Notes under the pieces: model-generated | The model's database searches: none | What the model saw: the letters and a program-made list of their open reading frames with translations, nothing else | What the model was told of the DNA's origin: nothing | In this document: piece after piece, positions 1-8,634 of the stretch | How the letters are laid out: each line of letters opens with the position of its first letter | Numbering within the stretch: the first letter of the stretch is position 1 | NCBI GenBank assembly: GCA_043228905.1 | Contig: JBHGNT010001032.1 | Location: forward strand, 1 to 12,803 | DNA from: Azolla caroliniana | Lineage: Eukaryota > Plantae > Polypodiophyta | Direction: 5' to 3' | DNA: 12,803 bases | Made by a program: the position numbers and the translations under genes

Positions 1-299
1 CCACTAAATGCCATGTTAAATATGGGGGGTAACTAAACTAATGCTCTAGTGTACATACATATATCATATATGTATAGCAAATCCAAAAAGTACGATTGCT
101 TATTTTTTCCCCACACATAACATATGTAGGTAGATTAGAAAATAAGCAAGCATACTTTTTGAATATGTAATACATATAGACATATTCTAGCAAATTTCAC
201 TCTTTAATATTGCCATTTGTTTGCCTAGAATTGCATATACCATTAAACTTTAGGACCGCATGCTAAACAATTTGTTTCTATTAAATAAATTTCCCCATG

Positions 300-465
300 A
301 TCATTTGAGAGCAACGTTCCCATGTCTCACGACGAATGTGAATTTCCTCAACAAATACACTATTAACATGTATGGTTGTTTTATCATTTGAGAGCAGCGC
401 CCCCATGTCTCACCACGAATGTGAATTTCGTCAACAAATACACTATTAGCATGCATGGTTGTTCT
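300..465. repeat. Diverged tandem duplication, 2 x 83 bp
   Basis: atcatttgagagca...gaatgtgaatttc...caacaaatacactatta at 300-382 and 383-465; 8 mismatches by hand alignment. Confidence 0.9.
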
Positions 466-2184
466 AAAACCACTCATGTCATTTGACCAAGTCAACGAAA
501 ACTAGGGTAAACCATACCCTTCATAAAAGGAGAGTTTGGTATGGTGTAAATTAGTAATACAACTAATTGTCATTATTGTTGTACAATAAGAGTGCATGAC
601 CTCACATGTTTACAAACATGACTTTACTTACAAATATCACATGCCAACAAATGTAGTCACTTTAAAAAGTAACTTCTTGGTATGCATATTAGGAGTCATT
701 GAAGATATATGCGAGGCCGTATGGAAAATATGCAACAATAAGTATGGGTTTGGAATAATCTTCTCACATTTTACGGATAAAAATTGGAGTGATTTGCACT
801 TAACTATACTTCTATTCAATTGTGTGGAATATTCATTTTGTCACAAATGAGGGTAATATGACATCTAAAATTGACTTCTAATCGATTACACCAGATCGAT
901 TGGTATACTTATTGTACTATTTGTATCAAAACAATTCCTAAAATTTAGGCTTTACTAAACCAGATTTATGAAAAATGCATATTTATGGAAGTTTTAGGCT
1001 TTACATTAGCTTTTAAAAGTAGACTCTAACTCTTCAAAAGAGTACATTGTCTCTTCATCTGCACTTTGGCTGTTGCAATGACACTATCAGTTACACGTGT
1101 ATGTAGATGTTGTGGATTTGATCAATATACAACTTCAACATTTGCATTGTAGCTATACAGTTCTCTTATTTGGTGGTGTGACAAGTCGAGAAGTTAGAAG
1201 GATAGGAAAAAAGGCAAATTACGAAAATGGGCCTTTATTATATATCTAAGTAAACAAGGAAGGGGGTTGGTCAATGTTTTATGTTTTTAAAGTATGTATG
1301 TTCTAAACTGGAATGCACACTACCTTGTTGAGTTGGTAATATCAAGGACGAGGTAGAATCATATGTAGAGGTTCCATGATCACAATGCTAACTATATGTT
1401 GTGAGAACACCCGAGACTATGATCACACTTGGGATGCCCAAATGAGTTTTCCAAGATGTAGACCAATAAGGGAGCTGCAACTAACAAACGCGTCAAAGTG
1501 GCAATTAGAATTAGAATTAGAAATTGTATCGTCAATAAAGAGGCCAAATTTGACCTATGGGACCGGAGTATACACGTGTTCTTGATACGTGTCACCTTCC
1601 TAAAAAGGGGTATCCATACATAGAAGCACAATGTCTCTCTACGTGAATAAGGCATACACATATGAGCTCAAACCTTCTAAGCGGGTGAGAGAAATCAATG
1701 GGAATTCCCTACACATGTATGGAGACATTGTTCATGTTGTCAAATGCAGCCCAAGGGGGGTGAGGGTGCATACTGAAAGTGTGTGAAAAGGGCGAGGCAA
1801 GGGAGTCTCTCGAAAGTCGATGGATTGAAGTGTGTGTTTGTCCTTGCGTTGTTGGCATGGCCCAATATGCCATTCAAGAGTTAATGTCAGGGCCAGGGAA
1901 ATTGCAGTTTCTGTCACTAGGAGAGTGGCCTCTGGTGGATCACACGAGACCAGAGCCTCCCCTCCTTGCTCTTTCACTTTTGAGAGTGAAGGAAGGTCTT
2001 GAATGAGCATTAGGGAGTAGTAGAGAGTATACATATAAATTATAATATAGTACATGAAGAGATAGATGTGGGTTAGGGCCAATGGGGAAGAGGGGGGGGC
2101 CATATTTGTAGTTTCAGGAAAAGAGAAGCCCAAGCTCATTATAACAAATAAAAGCTTCTCGTAAAAAAGGTTTCGTTAAGGTAG

Positions 2185-2204
2185 CCTCTAGAAGCTTCTA
2201 GAGC
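2185..2204. promoter_or_regulatory. Heat-shock element (HSE)
   Basis: Perfect 18-bp palindrome CTCTAGAAGCTTCTAGAG (2186-2203), read as alternating pentamers cCTCt-aGAAg-cTTCt-aGAGc, about 280 bp upstream of an Hsp ATG. A further TTCagGAA dyad lies at 2113-2120. Confidence 0.8.
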
Positions 2205-2252
2205 CTCCCCTCCCCTCCCCACCCTTCCCCATTCATCATTCAGTACTGCAGC

Positions 2253-2339
2253 AAACCCTAATCGTAAAAGCCAGACGCACAGACAGATCCTCTTCTTACA
2301 TTCATCGCGCTTTCCTTCTGCCACAAACCCTAACCCTAA
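2253..2339 (+). promoter_or_regulatory. Two telo-boxes (AAACCCTAA)
   Basis: AAACCCTAA at 2253-2261 and 2325-2333 (the second extended by CCCTAA); a site-II-like AGCCCA lies near 2128. Typical of plant housekeeping and proliferation gene leaders. Confidence 0.6.
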
Positions 2340-2477
2340 TCCACGATCTTCCGTCTCCCCCCCCCCCCCCCCCCTCCCCCATACCTGCAATATTCTCAAA
2401 CCTTAGCTAGCCTCCCCCCCCGTCTTGTTCCACTGCGAAGCTCTGAGCCCTTGCTCTGCAGCAGTCAAGGAGCAGCC

Positions 2478-3647
2478 ATGAGTGTCGTAGGTCTTGACGT
2501 TGGCAACGAGAACTGCATCGTTGCTGTCGCTCGTCAGAGAGGCATCGACGTGGTTCTGAACGATGAATCCAAGCGGGAAACTCCCGCTCTCGTTAGCTTC
2601 AATGAGAAGCAACGCTTCGTGGGTACAGCCGCTGCTTCCTCTCTCACCATGTCTCCAAAGAACACTGTGGCTCAGATCAAACGCCTCCTTGGTCGAAACT
2701 TTAGAGATGAAGATGTCCAGCAAGATCTGCTTCGATTTCCATTCTCTGTCGGCGAAGGTTCCGAAGGTATTCCTCTCATTCATGTACAATACCTTGGTGA
2801 GAATAGATCTTTCACTTCTTCTCAGATCCTTGGCATGATCTTGTCGAATCTGAAAAGTATCGCCGAGAAGAATCTGCAGACGAATGTTGCAGATTGTGTG
2901 ATCGGAATACCTGTTTTCTTCAGTGAGATTCAACGCAGAGCCATGCTTGATGCAGCTTCAATAGCAGGATTAAGGCCTCTCCGTTTAATGCACGAGACCA
3001 CTGCTACAGCTCTTGGCTATGGTATCTACAAGACTGATTTACCGGATAATGATCCCATCAACGTCGTTTTTGTAGATGTAGGACATGCTGCCATGCAAGT
3101 ATGTGTGGTTGCCTTCAAGAAAGGCCAGTTGAAAGTGTTGACTCATGCTTTTGACAGATCCCTAGGTGGAAGGGACTTTGATGAAGTTCTATTTGATCAT
3201 TTCTGTCAGAAGTTCAAAGAAGAGTACAAGATTGATGTCCGTTCAAATGCAAGAGCATCGCAGAGGTTGAGAACTGCGTGTGAGAAGATGAAGAAAGTTC
3301 TAAGTGCAAACCCTGAAGCTCCATTGAACATAGAATGTTTGATGGATGAAAAAGATGTGAGAGGGTTTATGAAAAGGGATGATTTTGAAAAGATGGCACA
3401 GCCCATCTTCCAGCGTGTTAGTGCTCTTTGTGAAAGAGCCTTAGAGGGAGCAAATATTTCTACTGATAAGTTATATGCTGTTGAAGTTGTGGGTTCGGGT
3501 TCGCGAGTCCCTGCAATTATCAAGATTCTTACTGATGTGTTCAAGAAGGAGCCTAGCAGGACCATGAATGCTAGTGAATGCGTTGCCCGAGGTTGTGCGC
3601 TCCAGTGTGCTATGCTTAGCCCAACTTTCCGAGTCCGAGAATTTGAG
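2478..3647 (+). CDS. HSP70-14: Hsp110 exon 1 (390 codons, whole nucleotide-binding domain)
   Basis: ORF 2451..3689 read from its first ATG; donor GAG|GTAAAC at 3647/3648. Confidence 0.96.
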
Positions 3648-6600
3648 GTAAACAAATGTCTGGAAAGTCATTTCTATATCTGGAAATGAACTTGCACATG
3701 TGTAATCTTTGTGGAGTTTAACATGAGTTCTTTCTCTGACCATGCTATGGAAGATAAGAGGGACATTCAAATATAGCTGTATGCTGAAGATAATTTTCTC
3801 TTTCAGTTCTTGGTTAGAATGGAAAAATTCCTCTCATTTCATGCATTGTAGTAAATACTTTTAGAAAGGGCCATAAAATGTCAAATGTTGTACTAGCTTG
3901 GCTGCCTAGCTTGTGAAAATCTTCTTTTGTGTGTCGCATACATTATTGCCAGCTTTTTACATTCAAAATGCCTATTTATCCATCAGGTTGTATAGGATGG
4001 TAAAATGTCTTGTTTTTCATTTACAGTGGCAAAATAATATGTTCCAGAAAGTATATGTGGGCTTCGCATAGGAACCATTCTTGTTTGACATGCATGTGAA
4101 ACAATATCTAGTTTTCTTGCTCTGCATGTTTTATGACTATGAAAAAATGTCACATTGTTTCTGCCCTCTGTGGTGCATGTAAGACCATTCTCTTGGTGAT
4201 TGACATTAAGTCTGAAAAAATAATCTGGCTCAAAATGTGATGAATATAGGCTTCACATCATATCTATTGTTCTGGGGCCTTACTCATGTTTCAATTCTTT
4301 TCATTCTCTTTTTTGATAGTTTTCATAGACAAAGCAATGTAAAAATGTCAAATAGTTGTAGCTGGATTGTCTACCCTGTGATAATCATTATGAAAGAAGC
4401 CACTCAAAATGTGATAAATATTTCATTAAAATGTGAATTTTGTAGGTTCAAGATGCATTTCCATTCTCGGTATGTCTTGCGTGGAAAGGATCTGCCCCCG
4501 AGTCTGAAGAAGGAGGAACTCCTTCTGAGGCGGCCCACACCAGTGTTGTATTCCCAAAGGGTAATCCAGTACCCAGCACCAAGATGCTGACTTTCTACAG
4601 GACAGGCACGTTTAACATTGATGTTCTTTATGGAGATATGCAAGATCTTCCTCTGGGTACCCCTCAGAAGATTAATACATTCACTGTAAGTAATGGGTTG
4701 TAAATTGCAATGGACAAATCATAAAGTTTATGCATTTTTTTGTTAATCTTTGTCTTTTTTCTCTGTAGATTGGTCCTTTCAAGCCAACCAAGGTGGAAAG
4801 AGCCAAGATCAAGGTTAAAATTCGTCTGAATTTACACGGAATTGTGTCAGTGGAATCAGCAACTGTAAGTACCCGAATTCAACTGATTGGTCTTTATTGT
4901 TTGCCAATTTGAAATAGGATATATGACTGTCTATGTCTTTCTCTGCTACAGATGATAGAAGAAGAAGATGTAGAAGTTCCTGTAACCAAATCTACTGATA
5001 CTAGCATTACAATGGATGTTGATAAAGAGACAGCAACAGACAATAATATTGATTTGAACGAGTCAAAGGGAGACAATGCTGACAGTAATGCAAGTGAATC
5101 TGGTAATGCCGATGGTCATGACCGGGGAGCTGAAACAAAATCTTCTCAAATGGAAGTTGAACCGCCAAAGGTTTGTCAGTAATGTCAAACATCATACCAA
5201 AAATTTGAGTTCTAGTTTAACAATGTCTTTAAATTTGAAATTCCTCTGAATTGGTTATTGTTTCTGCAGAAAGAAACACCAAAGAAAAAGAAAATCATCA
5301 GGACAGATGTTGCTGTGAATGAAGCTGTTGTTGGTGGTCTCCCTCACGCTGACTTAGAGAAGTGCATCGAAAAGGAATATGAAATGGCACTGCAAGACAG
5401 AGTAATGGAGGAAACAAAGGATAAGAAAAATGCTGTGGAAGCGTATGTTTATGATATGCGCAACAAGGTACCCTTCATTTGTTTGTTGTACATGTTCGTA
5501 GGTCAAGAAATCCTCTTCTGTAAACCACTATTTAATGGGATAATTTTATTGTTTATTGTAGATCCATGAGAAATACAAAGAGTTTGCTACAGATGCCGAA
5601 CGAGAAGATCTTGTTGCCAGGCTACAAGATGCTGAAGATTGGCTATATGAAGAAGGAGAGGATGAAACCAAAGGTGTTTATGTGGCTAAGTTGGCAGAAC
5701 TGAAAAAGGTAGAATAGACACTATGTATGGAGGTTTCAATGTTCTTAGCTAGCAGATTCCTATAGGAATATGTTCCAACTATTCTATATAAATCGATTCT
5801 ACACTTTAGCTATAGTTTATAGAATGTGTGCATTACCACCTGTATCTGGATTATTGGGTGTAGGATTATATTATTAGATTAATCCTCAGTATTTATGCCT
5901 TTAAAGTGTTTTTCTTAATGTGTACAGCTAGGGGATCCAATTGAAGCACGATACAAGGAAGAAGAGGCGAGAGGACCTTCTATTGAGCAATTAGTGTATT
6001 GCATCAACAGCTTTCGTGAAGCAGCAAAATCGAAGGATCCTAAGTTTGATCATATAGATTCTGCTGAGAAAGAGAAGGCAAGTTTTATTTATTGAAGTAT
6101 TTCACTGTGCACAATGATGTGATTGAATCTCACTAAATAAAAATACACTTGTTTTTGAGTTCCAACTTTGACAAATTCCTCTACTCATGTCCAATTTCTT
6201 GATTTTTTTGGTTACAGGTTATTGCTGAGTGTAACAAAGCTGAAGAATGGTTTAAAGAGAAAAAAGCACAACAAGATCAGCTTCCTCGGTCAGCTAATCC
6301 AGTGCTTCTTTCTGCTGAGGTTAAGAAGAAAGTGGATGTGCTTGATCGGTAAATTCTCTATGCATTAGTAGAACTCCTATTGTCTAATTAGAAAGCTTAA
6401 GATTATATACTGACTATTTCATAGGAATAAAGCCCCTTACCTCCTTGCTAATGAACGACATCATGTTTTTGATATTGTGTCAGGTTTTGCAAACCTATCA
6501 TGACTAAGTCTCGTCCACCACCACCCAAACCAGCCTCGCCATCACCTGCTGAGACCACAACACCAGAGACGGAGGGCAATTCCAACCCCAAGGGTCCTGG

Positions 6601-6670
6601 TGATTCTGAAACTACTCAGCCTATGGATACAGAAACTAACCAAGAGGGCGATACAATGCAGACAGATTGA
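2478..6670 (+). CDS. HSP70-14: Cytosolic Hsp110/SSE-family chaperone and nucleotide-exchange factor (HSP70-14/15-like), 9 coding exons: join(2478..3647,4446..4685,4769..4864,4952..5170,5270..5467,5562..5708,5928..6077,6218..6348,6484..6670); 2538 nt, 845 aa
   Basis: Manual splicing gives an uninterrupted frame from ATG 2478 (gcagccATG) to TGA 6668-6670. Motifs: MSVVGLDVGNENC, RGIDVVLNDESKRETP, DVGHA, LGGRDFD, GSGSRVP, GCALQCAMLSPTFRVREFEV, acidic loop, KNAVEAYVYDMRNK, EDWLYEEGEDETKG. These match plant Hsp110 rather than canonical Hsp70 (no DVLLLD linker, no C-terminal EEVD). The symbol names the nearest Arabidopsis family member from memory; -14 and -15 cannot be told apart. Confidence 0.96.
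4446..4685 (+). CDS. HSP70-14: Hsp110 exon 2 (VQDAFPFSVCLAWKG...FPKGNPVPSTKMLTFYRTGTF...KINTFT)
   Basis: Acceptor ttttgtag|GTT, donor ACT|gtaagt; 240 nt, phase 0-0; not in the ORF track in this frame. Confidence 0.94.
4769..4864 (+). CDS. HSP70-14: Hsp110 exon 3 (IGPFKPTKVERAKIKVKIRLNLHGIVSVESAT)
   Basis: Acceptor ctctgtag|ATT, donor ACT|gtaagt; 96 nt, phase 0-0. Confidence 0.94.
4952..5170 (+). CDS. HSP70-14: Hsp110 exon 4 (acidic loop, MIEEEDVEVPV...QMEVEPPK)
   Basis: Acceptor ctacag|ATG, donor AAG|gtttgt; 219 nt, phase 0-0. Confidence 0.92.
5270..5467 (+). CDS. HSP70-14: Hsp110 exon 5 (KETPKKKKIIRTDV...KNAVEAYVYDMRNK)
   Basis: Acceptor tttctgcag|AAA, donor AAG|gtaccc; 198 nt, phase 0-0. 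Confidence 0.94.
5562..5708 (+). CDS. HSP70-14: Hsp110 exon 6 (IHEKYKEFA...EDWLYEEGEDETKGVYVAKLAELKK)
   Basis: Acceptor ttgtag|ATC, donor AAG|gtagaa; 147 nt, phase 0-0. Confidence 0.94.
5928..6077 (+). CDS. HSP70-14: Hsp110 exon 7 (LGDPIEARYKE...KFDHIDSAEKEK), followed by a GC-AG intron
   Basis: Acceptor gtacag|CTA, donor AAG|gcaagt (GC donor); 150 nt, phase 0-0. Confidence 0.92.
6218..6348 (+). CDS. HSP70-14: Hsp110 exon 8 (VIAECNKAEEWFKEK...KKVDVLDR)
   Basis: Acceptor ttacag|GTT, donor CG|gtaaat; 131 nt, phase 0-2. Confidence 0.93.
6484..6670 (+). CDS. HSP70-14: Hsp110 exon 9 (FCKPIMTKSRPPPPKP...GDTMQTD*)
   Basis: Acceptor gtgtcag|G completes the Arg codon CG/G; FCKPIMTK motif; stop TGA 6668-6670. 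Confidence 0.93.
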
Positions 6671-7230
6671 GGACTGCCATGATAACCCAGTGAATGATGC
6701 TTTTCTACCACAAAGAGTTTTTTGCAATATTTTTTACAACTTTTTGTTTTCTTTTTTATCATAGCTGTGACGTGGAAGGATTTGCCCATGAGTTTTATAC
6801 ATACATTTTGTACCTTTTTGTGAGGACAAGCTTTTCATTGCCGTCACAAGGAATTCAGCTTTAGAATTCGAGTATGAGCTAGTCGTATGAGAAAATTATT
6901 CTTACAGATGGTACTAGTTTGTAGTTGAGCAAAAATGTTTGATTGGAAAGTAAATGCAAACATGTCCGCAAACCAGTTTTTCTTTTTCATTTTATTTTTA
7001 AATGGTTTATACACGTTCAGGTACATGGTCTTAAACAAAATGCATTAATTATCAACTGAAATAATAAATTGAATGAATAGATGTTTATTCATTAGCTCTT
7101 AGTTGCTTATTATTGACTTGCAAATTGTTTTTTGATGTTAACTGAAGAGCTTGTTACTATCTTTAAATCAACAAGTTGCTTAATATGCCAGATAATGTGC
7201 ACAACCAATATGTCAACAAACACTTGGCCT

Positions 7231-7310
7231 TTGCAGTATCCAATTGTGTTACATGCCAAGAGTAATAATTTTGCAGTTTCCTATTGTGTTACATGCCAAG
7301 AGTAATAATT
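7231..7310. repeat. Tandem duplication, 2 x 40 bp
   Basis: ttgcagtatccaattgtgttacatgccaagagtaataatt / ttgcagtttcctattgtgttacatgccaagagtaataatt; 2 mismatches. Confidence 0.92.
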
Positions 7311-7595
7311 GAACCATGGACCATGCTAGAATGTTCTGTTTAATCCTAAGAGAGTATTATCCCCAATTTAAAAGCAATTAGTAACATGTGTATAGTGCAA
7401 GTTAAAATGTTGGAGAGAATATTTTACATCAACCTTTATTGGGGAGAACTGAAGTACAGATTGATATTGATATACTAGAAGAAGGCATGTAACCTCAACA
7501 ATTGGCGAGTCTTTATGATTTGTAGTGCTTTCATTAACTCTTTGAGACATGATAATAAACAATCATATCTATGTGCTTGTACACTCAAATCTAAA

Positions 7596-7748
7596 AGCCC
7601 TATTTACCAAAGATGGAAGAAATGGACCCGAACTAGCCCTATTTACCAAATATTTGAGTGTATAATTACTTTTGTAAAGTGTAATTTTTTGGCCATAGGG
7701 GTAGTTTGGTAAATTTGGAACTTCCAGGGGTATCATGGTACTTTTCCC
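7596..7748. mobile_element. Probable Mutator-like (MULE/MITE) terminal inverted repeat remnant
   Basis: The right end reads GGGAAAAGTACCATGATACCCCT...TTTACCAAACTACCCCT on the minus strand, resembling plant MULE TIRs. AGCCCTATTTACCAAA occurs at 7596-7611 and 7635-7650, with an inverted TTTGGTAAAT at 7705-7714. No left TIR or 9-bp TSD was found. Confidence 0.45.
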
Positions 7749-7751
7749 TAT

Positions 7752-8042
7752 AAAATATGACAAACAATTGAACATTGTATAAAATGATGAGTACGATCTT
7801 CCACTTGAACAATGCCAAAGGAGCCATTGCTCATTGCTAGTCCACGCCGCTTTAGAGTTAATCCAAAGGCAAAGCCCAAATCAAAACTCTCTAAATCAAA
7901 ACCTTCTCTACAAGTGACAATTTAGAATGCCAACTACGTTTTAAGATCTACCACCATCCATGATTAGAGTTGTGCACTTTCCATTCTGGTTCAGCCTTGG
8001 ATTATAGCTATCAAAGAAATTCAACGGAGCAATGATACAAAA
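7752..8042 (-). mobile_element. Degenerate LINE fragment A (zf-RVT region)
   Basis: Colinear with 8235-8500 at an offset of about 457-458, including an exact 24-bp block (7938-7961 = 8396-8419); ends ...HHFIQC on the minus strand; frameshifted. Confidence 0.75.
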
Positions 8043-8600
8043 AAAGCAGTGCTCATATCCCAATTATCACGCAATCCCCAATACCTCAAAAATAAAAAAA
8101 CGATCTCCATCAGTGATATTAAGTTGGCCTATGTGTATTATGCAACACCCACTATCTTCGTGTCAAATAACATCGGGCCAAATTTGTGGAATTTGAGAAA
8201 TATATCTCCAAATTTGACTATCAATCAAACATGATATAAAATGATGAGTATTATCTTTCGTTGAAACAATGCAAAAGAAGCAAATGTCAACAACTAGTCC
8301 ACGTTGCTTTAAAGCCAATCCCAAAGGCAAACCCCCAATTAAAACTCTCCACATGAAGACCTTTGCTACAAGTGGCAATTTAAACTGCCAATTAGGTTTT
8401 AAGATCTACCACCATCCATAATTAGAGTTATGCACTTTCCAATCTTGTTCTGCTTTCGATGATAGCCATCAAATAGATTTACCAAAGCAATGATACAAAA
8501 TATTAGTGTAGTACTTGTAAAAACGACGTTTGACCTCGTAGACACCAACCGACATTGCTCTTTTGTTTTTAGAGATAAAGGACCTTGTATCAATGCAATA
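8043..8600 (-). mobile_element. Degenerate LINE fragment B (ORF2 C-terminus with zf-RVT)
   Basis: Minus frame ...WW*ILKPNWQFKLPLVAKVFMWRVLIGGLPLGLALKQRGLVVDICFFCIVSTKDNTHHFISC (F-x-W...LP...L..RG...CxxC...H...C), then a frameshifted LRYWGLRDNWDMSTAFF resembling the distal W..RN..F motif. Ends are approximate. Confidence 0.8.
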
Positions 8601-8620
8601 TTTTTTAGTTGTTACTAAAT

Positions 8621-8634
8621 AAACCCACAATTGG
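8621..8634 (+). repeat. Left target-site duplication AAACCCACAATTGG
   Basis: Identical to 10609-10622. Confidence 0.9.

Noticed and set aside
2-51. CACTA...TAGTG ends suggesting a tiny CACTA element
   Set aside because: Only a 5-bp match, too short, and the TSD cannot be checked at the window edge.
301-2399. Short ORFs upstream of Hsp110 as host genes
   Set aside because: No recognisable domains or exon structure; several are translations of low-complexity or promoter sequence.
2451-3689. A stand-alone 412-aa NBD-only Hsp70 as given in the ORF track
   Set aside because: The TTG start and the VNKCLESHFYIWK tail are artefacts; the start is ATG 2478 and a good donor at 3648 splices in frame to eight more exons.
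2403-3770. Antisense and alternate-frame ORFs over exon 1 (2403..2933, 2563..2838, 3206..3655, 3471..3770)
   Set aside because: Shadow ORFs of the Hsp110 coding sequence, common opposite Hsp70-family genes; no recognisable motifs.
4237-4445. Box C/D snoRNA in intron 1 (GTGATGA at 4237-4243; Hsp70-family introns can host snoRNAs)
   Set aside because: No CTGA D box downstream within the intron and no terminal stem seen; a snoscan or Infernal run would settle it.
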